64,000 nucleotides of DNA from contig JBPOGI010000004.1 of assembly GCA_051251855.1 (NCBI GenBank), forward strand, positions 256,001 to 320,000, in the 5' to 3' direction. How positions within the stretch are numbered: the stretch's first letter is position 1; each line of letters begins with the position of its first letter. The position numbers and the translations under genes were made by a program. Shown here one piece after another: positions 17,420 to 25,827 of the stretch. The notes beneath the pieces were generated by a model. The model saw nothing but the letters and a program-made list of their open reading frames with translations, was not told the DNA's origin and searched no databases. This stretch comes from Roseibacillus sp. GTDB taxonomy: Bacteria > Verrucomicrobiota > Verrucomicrobiia > Verrucomicrobiales > Akkermansiaceae.

Positions 17420-19045
17420 TCACTCCTCCCTCATCTCACCCGCAGCCTTCCAAGTGTTCACCAAATCGGGCCGCTGCTGCTCCAGCACCTGAAAGGTATG
17501 CCTCGCAAAGGCCAGGCCAGCTTCGCCATAGAGGTTGAAAGCTGCATCCACTCCCTCCTTACGAAGCTCTTTCACTTCATGATCCTGCTTTGCGCTCACG
17601 ATCACCACCCCCTCAAAGTGATGGCGCTTGAGAGTTTCAATCGCGTCCAAATGTGCTTTGTGAGAAGGCATCGCGAGAACAACCATATCAAGTTCGCTAT
17701 TGGGACAGACACTTTCCCAGAAATCCGAATCAGTCGCATCCGCGACTCTGACGTTTCTTTCTGCCTCTTGATGCCAACCGACCCGTTCCGGATTGCGATC
17801 AAATCCAATCACGTGCCCGGGAAAGCGGTATTCTAGCGAGTGATAGACCGCCATTCCCACCCGACCCATCCCGAAGACCGCAACTCTCTCCTTTTCATCC
17901 AAAGCCTCAAAATCACCTCGGTGCTCGCCCGGGGTTTCGAAATTTTTCAGCCAATCGCTGATCGGATCGTAGAGGCTCTCAGCCCGCCGATTGAAAGGAG
18001 CCGCCAGTAAAAAGCTCACTGATAAAGCCAACGCAATTGCAATCAACCACTCCGTGCCCAACCAACCCTGGGCCACCCCCAAAGAAGCCACGATCAACCC
18101 GAATTCACTGTAGGTCGAGAGAGACAACGTCGCCATCCAAGCAGTGCGCGCCCGCAGCCGAAAGCGCGTGAGCAAGAGGAAAAAGCCCACACTCTTCAAA
18201 GGCAAAAGCACCAATGCCAAAGCGGCCCACCCCACCGCCGACCAATCAAGCGCTCCCCCCAATCCCACTTGCAGAAAGAAGCCAATCAGAAGCAGATCGG
18301 TAATCTGACTGAGCGATTTTTTCACCTCCACCGCCCGCGGATGCCAGCCCACCATCACGCCAATAAAAAGAGCGCCCAAATCAGCCTTCAAACCCACCAG
18401 TTCAAAACCCTTCGAGCCCACAACGATAGCGAGTACCAGCCCGAACAAAGACAGCAGCTCACCATGACCAGACCGATTCAAAAACCATCCCAAGACAGGC
18501 CGGCCCAAGATGAGAGCAGGAACTAACACCAAAGCCCACCAAGTCGGAAACTTCCCAGTCGAAAAGGTGAGAAACAGGACCGCGATAATGTCCTGCATCA
18601 CGAGGATACCCACCGCCGTCTTTCCATGAATCGAACCCAAGTCGCCATTCTCAGTGAGAGACTTAATTGCAAAGACGGTACTCGAAAAACTAAAGGCAAA
18701 AGCCAGCAACAAAGCCGTCTGCCAGGATAAGCCAACCGCTGGCCCCAACAAGGCGGCCACCCCAAAAACGACGGGCCCGAAAATCACGAGCACCAACAGG
18801 GCGTGTAAACTGGTACCCGCCCAAATTTCCGGACGCGAGAGAGTCTTAAGCTGAAGTTTGAGTCCAATACTAAAAAGAAGCAGCGTCACCCCCAAATCAG
18901 CGATGGATTGGAGGCTCTCCCCCCCCTTTTGCCCCATCGCCTGCAGGACAAACCCCGCCACCAAAAACCCCACCATCGGCGGCAACCGGAACTGCTGAGC
19001 AGCAAGCCCGAAAACGAAAGCAACAGCGATAAGAATGGCATCCAT
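17420..19045 (-). CDS. CPA2/Kef-type cation:proton antiporter with C-terminal TrkA-N (KTN) domain
   Basis: LPPMVGFLVAG, LLLFSIGL, FSSTV, GILVMQDI, SEFGLI, many TM helices, and a Rossmann GMGRVG motif. Confidence 0.9.
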   Translation of the reverse strand: MDAILIAVAFVFGLAAQQFRLPPMVGFLVAGFVLQAMGQKGGESLQSIADLGVTLLLFSIGLKLQLKTLSRPEIWAGTSLHALLVLVIFGPVVFGVAALLGPAVGLSWQTALLLAFAFSFSSTVFAIKSLTENGDLGSIHGKTAVGILVMQDIIAVLFLTFSTGKFPTWWALVLVPALILGRPVLGWFLNRSGHGELLSLFGLVLAIVVGSKGFELVGLKADLGALFIGVMVGWHPRAVEVKKSLSQITDLLLIGFFLQVGLGGALDWSAVGWAALALVLLPLKSVGFFLLLTRFRLRARTAWMATLSLSTYSEFGLIVASLGVAQGWLGTEWLIAIALALSVSFLLAAPFNRRAESLYDPISDWLKNFETPGEHRGDFEALDEKERVAVFGMGRVGMAVYHSLEYRFPGHVIGFDRNPERVGWHQEAERNVRVADATDSDFWESVCPNSELDMVVLAMPSHKAHLDAIETLKRHHFEGVVIVSAKQDHEVKELRKEGVDAAFNLYGEAGLAFARHTFQVLEQQRPDLVNTWKAAGEMREE

Positions 19046-19160
19046 AAAGACTCCACAAAGCTAAGCAAGAATCAGACCCCGCATGCACCTCAAATTCGGC
19101 ATCAGACGATTTCTTTCTTATTCGAAAAAAGACCCGCGTCTTACAAGCACCCCAACTTCC

Positions 19161-20411
19161 TCACTGATGCTTCTTACGGTAGGCCGAGGGAGAACAATCG
19201 AAGTGCTTCTTGAAAGTGGTATAAAACGACGAACGCGAATTGAACCCACTATCGTAAGCAATCTGCAGAACCGTTTCATCACTTTCTCGGAGCGCCTTCT
19301 CTGCCTCCCGAGCCCGTAGCCGATTCACGTAACCAAAGAAGGACTCCCCCATCACCGTGTTCAAAGATTGGGACAGATAGTTCGGCCGCACCCCAAGGTG
19401 ATTTGCCAATTTGCCAAGGGAAAGATCCGGATCGAGAAACAGCGAATCCTCAGCCATTACCTTCTCTAACTTCGCGGCAATGCGTTCCGCCCGCTCATCA
19501 CCCAAGCCGGAGTTTTGATATTTTTCAGAGCTTTCCTGAACTCCCATCACCGTCTCAACCACCTCCTCTTCGACTCGCGAAGAACCGCCGTTCACTCCTT
19601 CATCCCCCTCAATTCCATCAGCAGAAATGTCCGACTTCACATCCCAAAGTCCAGGTTTCTGCCTCAAACCCCAAAGTGCAGGGATCCAAATCACCAAAAA
19701 ATTGACCAACAGTTCAAATCCTTCCCCAAGCTTCCAAGGGAATCCAAAGTAGCCCAACACATCGATCAGGGACGTCACCCAGAAGAGCCCCAGCGCCCCA
19801 ATGAGCGCACTCATCCAAATCATTTCGCGGTTCTCCGACGAGGAATGCACCTCTTTCAATCGAGAGCGATAGCGCAACAACCTCCGCCCCGAAGACCACA
19901 GAATCGGAATCGACCAAATCACCCACAACACCTCCGCAAGCAGCAAAACCATCACCGATCGAAAAGCCAATGAGCTCTCAGCATCGCCGGTCCGCATCAA
20001 CTCATATCGCGTCTCACTTCCCAAAAAAAGCACGGGCAAAGCCGCCGCAATTGCCAAGGGAATCGGCCATAGATGCCAATACTCACGACTCCTCATCACC
20101 AATGGCTCGGAGGCCGTCATCACCCGGACGTAGATAAAGAGCGCCCCCAACGCGAGAAACTGCCCTGCTTGTCCAAGAAGCAAAGCCGCGTCACTCCACC
20201 CCGCCCATCCCAATGGCAGAAAGAACCCCGAAGACTGCGCCACGAAGATACCGAGAAACATCAAAAGCAACGGGAGCCGCCCCACCCCTCGTACTCCTCC
20301 CAAGAGCAGTTGCGAAACCACCAAGGCGCATCCCCCCACCAAGGCGAGGTCCACGAAATCGGTCAAAGCATCAAAGGACATTCCCTCCATTCTAGGTCCC
20401 AACTTCTTCAA
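19161..20411 (-). CDS. Membrane-embedded AraC-family transcriptional regulator
   Basis: N-terminal multi-TM region. C-terminal FLDPDLSLGKLA...YLSQ..N...F..YVN.LR and IAYDSGFNSRSSFY..FKK. Confidence 0.9.
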   Translation of the reverse strand: MKKLGPRMEGMSFDALTDFVDLALVGGCALVVSQLLLGGVRGVGRLPLLLMFLGIFVAQSSGFFLPLGWAGWSDAALLLGQAGQFLALGALFIYVRVMTASEPLVMRSREYWHLWPIPLAIAAALPVLFLGSETRYELMRTGDAESSLAFRSVMVLLLAEVLWVIWSIPILWSSGRRLLRYRSRLKEVHSSSENREMIWMSALIGALGLFWVTSLIDVLGYFGFPWKLGEGFELLVNFLVIWIPALWGLRQKPGLWDVKSDISADGIEGDEGVNGGSSRVEEEVVETVMGVQESSEKYQNSGLGDERAERIAAKLEKVMAEDSLFLDPDLSLGKLANHLGVRPNYLSQSLNTVMGESFFGYVNRLRAREAEKALRESDETVLQIAYDSGFNSRSSFYTTFKKHFDCSPSAYRKKHQ

Positions 20412-20507
20412 TGGGAGAAGAAAGATGTCCTTCCCCTCACCGACGGACGCATTTCCGGCAAAAAACCGTCAAATTGGTCACCTCAGAAAGCTTCTGAGAC
20501 CAAATCA

Positions 20508-21299
20508 ATGAAACACATCCTTCAAAACACGGTCCCTCTTCTCTTCGTCCTCACCTCGACTCCCACCCTCGCCAACGAAATTCTTCCTCGGGAAGGAACT
20601 GCCAACGCCGATGAACGTCACTGGCTCGTCGGTGGCATCTTAGTCGCGCAGGACTCTCCCTATCGTGACGTCTCTCCCTCCCTTTTTCCCATTCCCTACT
20701 TGGCTTGGGAAACCGCGAATCTGCACCTCGGAACCGACAAACTCCAATACGACTTTCTGCACGCGAACTCGGACTCGACGGGTATCGACTTCACCCTCTC
20801 GCTCATCGCCGACCCCCGCTTCGGCACCCCCGATCCCGATGACGACTCTCCTTTGGAAGAACTCTCCCGCGACCTCGCCTTCGAAGCCGGACTCGAAGCC
20901 ACCGCCGAATTCGGCCCCCTCTTTCTCTCCTCCACCACCATGATCGATCTCTTCGGGGTTCATAGCGGACTCCTCAGCACCTTGGAGTTCGGTATCGAAG
21001 TTCCTGTCTGGAAAGGCTCCTTCGAGCTCTCCCTCGCAACCACCTACCAAAGCTCCGACCTCAGCGAATACCTTTATGGAGTCAGTGCCGCCGAAGCCAC
21101 AGCCGACCTCACCAGCTACCAACCCGGCGACACTTGGATCACCTCCATCGAGGCCACCTATCTCCATCCACTCTCTGACTCAGCCTTCCTCGCCGCAGGT
21201 CTTTCAGTCGACCTCCTCAACTCCGCTGCCAGCGACAGTCCTCGCCTTGATGACGACCTCGAACTGCAAGGCTTCTGCGGCCTCATCTGGAAATTCTAA
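20508..21299 (+). CDS. MipA/OmpV-family outer-membrane beta-barrel protein
   Basis: Signal peptide from MKHILQ, SPYRD...PIPYL, YLYGVSAAEA...YQPG, and terminal aromatic W.F. Confidence 0.8.
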   Translation: MKHILQNTVPLLFVLTSTPTLANEILPREGTANADERHWLVGGILVAQDSPYRDVSPSLFPIPYLAWETANLHLGTDKLQYDFLHANSDSTGIDFTLSLIADPRFGTPDPDDDSPLEELSRDLAFEAGLEATAEFGPLFLSSTTMIDLFGVHSGLLSTLEFGIEVPVWKGSFELSLATTYQSSDLSEYLYGVSAAEATADLTSYQPGDTWITSIEATYLHPLSDSAFLAAGLSVDLLNSAASDSPRLDDDLELQGFCGLIWKF

Positions 21300-21312
21300 C
21301 TCTTAAAAAATC

Positions 21313-22713
21313 ATGCAAACACAAACTCTCATCACCCTTATCACCCTCATGCTCGCCCTTCTTCTTACTTTCGTAGGTTGCAGCCCCACCCAACCCCTCA
21401 CCTCTCAGGAAAAGAACAAACTGGTCGGCGTCTGGCGCTCGGACGGTTACGGCTACCTCGCGGAGGTCACCCCTCAACGCATCCGCCTCTACAGTGAAAA
21501 CGCAAACGGCTCTATCTTGGAAGACGACAGCCCACTCGAATCACTCAAGGGCGAATTCCCCTCCCTCCGCTTTCCCTCTCCCAACATCGTCGAACTCGGA
21601 CGTTCCCCCGACGGCAAACACATCCGCTACCGGCGCATCGACTCCCTTCCTGCTAGCGTTTCCCAGCCCCCGGCCAACACCCCCACCGCCACCTTCGAGG
21701 TCTTCGCCTCCACCCTCGAACAACACTACGCCTTCTTCGACCTTCACGGAGTCAATTGGCAAGAACGAGTCAACCGAACAAGACCTCGCATCCACAACGA
21801 CCTCACCGAAGAAGAACTCTTTGACCTCCTCCTCGGAATGCTGGATGGCATCCAAGACGGTCACCTCGGCATCAAAGCCCATCACCGCAAACAATCCAAA
21901 TACCACCTTCGCGACACCTTCCCCCTTCTTAAGTCCTCATACGCCCAGCAAAGCAAATTCCCCACCATTCGCGACTACACCAATGACTGGAAGAAGAAGG
22001 TCGCCAGCCGCATCGAACCCCAAATCCTCGCCGGCAGCCAACACACCACAGCCCGAGGCCACCTTCGCTGGGGAGTCGTCGATGAAGTCGCTTACCTCAA
22101 CATCGCCCAATTCGGAATGTATGCCCTCATCCCCACCTCAAAAAATGACCTCGCCGCCACCGAAAAAGCGCTCGACCAAATCCTTGTCGACATCAGTTCT
22201 GCGAAAGCACTCGTCATCGACTGCTCCCTCTCCCGAGGCGGCCGCGACGAAGTGGCCCTCGCCATCGCCAATCGCTTCCTCATGGCCAACTCTCCCCCAC
22301 GACTAGCCGCGACCAAGTATCCCGCCGACGCCGCCGATCCCAACCTCACTCCCCTTTATCTCCAGCCTCAGCAGAAGCTCACCTTCCAAGGCCCCATCAT
22401 CTTGGTCACCTCCGATCACACCGTCAGCGCCGCCGAAATTTTCACTCTCGCGATGCGCGCCATCCCTCGCGTCACTCATGTGGGAAGACCTACCAACGGC
22501 TCCCTCTCTGACATGCTCGAAAAGCCCCTTCCCAACGACTGGACCCTCGCTCTCTCCAACGAAATCTACCTCGACCCCACCGGAAAGAACTACGAAAGAA
22601 TCGGAATCACCCCCGATCAAATGAGACCCATTTTCCACTCAGACGCCCTCATCGAAAGTCATTCCCATTCGATTCAGACCATCATGGCCGAACTCCGTGT
22701 AAGAGCGCGCTAA
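21313..22713 (+). CDS. S41-family peptidase, lipoprotein
   Basis: Lipobox FVGC, GVWRSDGYG, YAFFDLHGVNW, DGHL, GGRD, TVSAAEIF (catalytic Ser), G.PTNGSLSD, GITPD. Confidence 0.88.
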   Translation: MQTQTLITLITLMLALLLTFVGCSPTQPLTSQEKNKLVGVWRSDGYGYLAEVTPQRIRLYSENANGSILEDDSPLESLKGEFPSLRFPSPNIVELGRSPDGKHIRYRRIDSLPASVSQPPANTPTATFEVFASTLEQHYAFFDLHGVNWQERVNRTRPRIHNDLTEEELFDLLLGMLDGIQDGHLGIKAHHRKQSKYHLRDTFPLLKSSYAQQSKFPTIRDYTNDWKKKVASRIEPQILAGSQHTTARGHLRWGVVDEVAYLNIAQFGMYALIPTSKNDLAATEKALDQILVDISSAKALVIDCSLSRGGRDEVALAIANRFLMANSPPRLAATKYPADAADPNLTPLYLQPQQKLTFQGPIILVTSDHTVSAAEIFTLAMRAIPRVTHVGRPTNGSLSDMLEKPLPNDWTLALSNEIYLDPTGKNYERIGITPDQMRPIFHSDALIESHSHSIQTIMAELRVRAR

Positions 22714-22734
22714 AGAATCGGTAGAAAGTAAGCG

Positions 22735-22811
22735 GTAGGGATGTCTCCGGTAGGGATGTCTCGCCGAGGCATCCGCCACCCAACCCAAGCGAACGCTCAG
22801 ACAAGGCCTAC
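22735..22811. repeat. GTAG-type REP cluster
   Basis: A partial gtagggatgtctc copy, a full gtag-ggatgtctc-gcc-gaggcatcc hairpin, and a degenerate inverted copy ending ...ggcctac. Lies between convergent genes. Confidence 0.65.
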
Positions 22812-22835
22812 GTGCCATCAGACGACGCAGACAAA

Positions 22836-23825
22836 TCAACCCACCTTCACCGTCACGCCATCGCCATCACGAACCGTTCCCAGCGCCACCCCCCCCGGCC
22901 CAGCCGAAAGAACCCTATCCACATCTTCCGGTGCCACAATCGCGACCCAGCCGATGCCCATGTTGAAGGTGTGGAAACGATCTTCGGCATCCACACTTTC
23001 GAGTACCTTTTGGCACACCGCATTGTCCCAATGAGGAATGGTCAGGTCCGCTCCCTTACCTTGGAACAAACGCTCCAAGTTCTCAGGTAAACCACCACCC
23101 GTAATGTGGGCATAAGCCTTCGGAGTCACCCCCGCTTCGCGAATCTCTTTCACGACATCATGGTAAAGACGAGTCGGAGCCAACATCGCCTTTTCTTCCT
23201 CTTCAGAAAATTCTCCCGGACGTGAAGCCAAAACGCGACGCACCAAACTAAATCCGTTGGCATGAAAACTATCCGAGTGAAAGCCCACCAAAACGTCGCC
23301 ATTTTGAACCGTGGTCGGATCAATCAAGTCCGGCTTTTCGACTGCACCGATGCAGAAGCCCGAAAGCTCCACCACATCCTCCGGCACGATTCCCGGCATT
23401 TCCGCCGTTTCGCCACCTGCCAAAATACAACCACAGGACTCCAAGTAGTCGCACATCCCCGCAATCAGACGCACCAGCTTCGCTTCATCCAGCTTCGCAA
23501 TCCCGAGATAATCTAAGAACATCAGCGGGTCTCCGCCCGTGGTAATAATATCGTTCACCGACATCGCCACCAGGTCCTTACCGGCCACTTCCAGCATGTC
23601 GTGCTTCAGGAGGAGCTCCAACTTGGTCCCCACTCCATCACAACCCGTCACCAGAACGGGCGCCTTGTAATCGCTCAAATCGTAGAGAGCCGCAAAAAGC
23701 CCGAAAGCCCCAAACAGCTGACGCTGCTGCTGGGTTCTCTTCACGTGGGCACCAATATCGCCCACGAAAGCTGCTGCCCTGCGCGTATCTACGCCCGAAT
23801 CCTTGTAGGTCAATTCACCGCTCAT
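22836..23825 (-). CDS. purM: Phosphoribosylformylglycinamidine cyclo-ligase (AIR synthase)
   Basis: TYKDSGVD, DGVGTKL, DLVAMSVND, GGETAEMPG, HANGFSLVR, AHITGGG, TFNMGIG. Start MSGELT. Confidence 0.96.
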   Translation of the reverse strand: MSGELTYKDSGVDTRRAAAFVGDIGAHVKRTQQQRQLFGAFGLFAALYDLSDYKAPVLVTGCDGVGTKLELLLKHDMLEVAGKDLVAMSVNDIITTGGDPLMFLDYLGIAKLDEAKLVRLIAGMCDYLESCGCILAGGETAEMPGIVPEDVVELSGFCIGAVEKPDLIDPTTVQNGDVLVGFHSDSFHANGFSLVRRVLASRPGEFSEEEEKAMLAPTRLYHDVVKEIREAGVTPKAYAHITGGGLPENLERLFQGKGADLTIPHWDNAVCQKVLESVDAEDRFHTFNMGIGWVAIVAPEDVDRVLSAGPGGVALGTVRDGDGVTVKVG

Positions 23826-23926
23826 CAAGACCGGCAGCATGGAAACCGAATCTCGCCCTGTCACCCCTTTTTCGCAACCAATCGTGGTCGCAGAGCGAAA
23901 AAAGCGCCCAACTCTCAAAAGAAAGG

Positions 23927-25159
23927 CTACCGCCAAGTAATCTTCGCCTCTCTCGTCTCGGTATTCACCCAAACGCTCGCCCGCTCATATTCGCGGGTGA
24001 ACTCCCAGCCCTCCGGCGAAGTGCGCTCGTAAGCCCCCTTCGGAGGACCCAGTGGCTTCCGCAACTCCGGATAATCCACCAACGCGCCACTCGCCAACTT
24101 CCAACCCCAGCTATACATGAAATAAGAATAAGGCTGAGCCCCAATCAAGTAGCAGGCATGGGAAAACTCCAGCTTCTCCTTGGAGAGCTTGGGCATATTC
24201 GGCTTCAAATTGGCCCGCCAAGTGCCCTCCACCCCGAGACGGAATACCGAAATTTTTCCATCCTTCGCCATTCTCAGCATATCCTCCCACGCTGCCAACA
24301 GGTTCTCCTTGCTCGACCTCTGGCGCGCGTAGTTCTCAAACATGATGGCATCGCTCACCTCGTAAACAAGCTGGTCCGAATCATTGTAAGCATTGTTCGC
24401 GAGAAGAATCTTATCCTCCCCCAGCTCCTCTTTGAGGGACGCCATCATCTCACCCATCGCCACCCGAATTTCCTCACGCTTATCTTTACGGTAATCCACA
24501 TTGCCATGCATCTGATCGATAAAGGCCCCATCACAACCCGAGTCGCGAACCCCTTTCGCCACCGTCTCCACCCACCATTTACGGAAAAAAGGATTCAAGA
24601 CATCGTAACAGAAAGCTCCATAGCGCGTCGCCAACTTCCCGGTCTTATGATGAGTCACCAGCGTCTCCTTCAGCTTGGGATTCTTCTTCAACCCCACCTT
24701 CGTAAAAATTTCATTATAGCTCGTATAAGGCCAAGCATAAGCCGCATTGAAATAGAAGAGCACCTTCGCCTTAGGATTCACCTTCTTGAACGCCGCCGCC
24801 TCATGCTTTGCCCCCAATTCGGCAGCCCCCAACTTCCCCAAGCCATGGGACTTCTCAATACAAAGAAACCCCGTCTGCTCGGAAATAAATTGAACCTGCT
24901 TCTGAGACAACAAGCGGTTCTTGTCACCGAACATAAAGTAACGCGGCGTCACCTCCCAACTGAACTCCGGATAAAAGTCCTGCGGCACAAACTGGCTTCC
25001 ATCGCTCACGCGCAATGACGACTCCTCCCCTTGCAGCGGAGCAAGCAAAACCAGAACAAGCGATAGCAAAAGCAGTTTCGAAAAATTCAAGACAGCCCCA
25101 ATACGATCTTCCCGCGTTCTTCTTTCCCTAAAAGAAAAAACCTCCCCCCTCCACATCAA
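23927..25159 (-). CDS. Secreted putative glycoside hydrolase resembling GH168 endo-fucanases
   Basis: FYPEFSWEVTP.Y.MFG, IEKSHG, KVLFYFN, DGAFIDQMHG, AIMFEN, YLIGAQPYSYF.Y.WGW, PLGPPKG. Family recalled from motifs. Real start probably near 25090. Confidence 0.7.
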   Translation of the reverse strand: MMWRGEVFSFRERRTREDRIGAVLNFSKLLLLSLVLVLLAPLQGEESSLRVSDGSQFVPQDFYPEFSWEVTPRYFMFGDKNRLLSQKQVQFISEQTGFLCIEKSHGLGKLGAAELGAKHEAAAFKKVNPKAKVLFYFNAAYAWPYTSYNEIFTKVGLKKNPKLKETLVTHHKTGKLATRYGAFCYDVLNPFFRKWWVETVAKGVRDSGCDGAFIDQMHGNVDYRKDKREEIRVAMGEMMASLKEELGEDKILLANNAYNDSDQLVYEVSDAIMFENYARQRSSKENLLAAWEDMLRMAKDGKISVFRLGVEGTWRANLKPNMPKLSKEKLEFSHACYLIGAQPYSYFMYSWGWKLASGALVDYPELRKPLGPPKGAYERTSPEGWEFTREYERASVWVNTETREAKITWR

Positions 25160-25824
25160 AGAATGCCCCGCTTTTTCGCCTCGAGAATCGCGCTCCGTTG
25201 CGATTGCACATGCAGCTTTTTATACAAGTTTCCGCAGTGGAAATTCACAGTGGCGGTGCTAATCCCCAGCTTGTCGGCAATCTCCTTTCCATAGAGACCC
25301 TCCGCCAGATGGTTCAGCACTTCGAACTCACGATCAGTCAAACCATGGTCAGAACTCTTCGACTTCTTCTCCTGAAAGGTTCCCAGCATCATACGAGCAA
25401 TGGCACCGTCCAGACTCGATTCACCCCGCGCAAGCTTACGACAGGCTTCCTCAATCTCATCAATAGCCGCGTTCTTGAGCAAATAACCCGAAGCTCCTGC
25501 CGCAATCGCCTCAAAAACCTTCTCGCGTTCATTGCTCACCGTTAAAACAAGCGCCTCGATTTCCGGGCACTTGCGTTTGAACTCAGTAATCCCCTTCGAG
25601 CCACTCATCCCCGGCAACCCGAGGTCAATCAAAAGCACCTGAGGAGGAGGGCAGGCCTCAAGGGCCTCGAGAGCATCTTCACAATTTGAGAAATTACCCG
25701 TGCAATGCAGGTCTTCGGGTTCACTCAAATACTTCACCAAATAACGGCGCAAGCGCGCATTATCTTCCACGATCCAAATGCGAGTGATGTTATCGAAAAT
25801 AGGCTCTTCGTTTTGTTCTGACAT
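25156..25824 (-). CDS. NarL/LuxR-family response regulator
   Basis: IVEDN, LIDLGLPGMSG, GASGYLLK, and HTH LTDREFEVL...KEIADKLGIS. Confidence 0.93.
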   Translation of the reverse strand: MSEQNEEPIFDNITRIWIVEDNARLRRYLVKYLSEPEDLHCTGNFSNCEDALEALEACPPPQVLLIDLGLPGMSGSKGITEFKRKCPEIEALVLTVSNEREKVFEAIAAGASGYLLKNAAIDEIEEACRKLARGESSLDGAIARMMLGTFQEKKSKSSDHGLTDREFEVLNHLAEGLYGKEIADKLGISTATVNFHCGNLYKKLHVQSQRSAILEAKKRGIL

Positions 25825-25827
25825 GGC

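Noticed and set aside
20073..20507. Extended N-termini in the ORF track (also 28420, 51503, 37691, 23972, 47388, 11464)
   Set aside because: They overlap neighbouring genes. Downstream starts give proper signal peptides or family N-termini.
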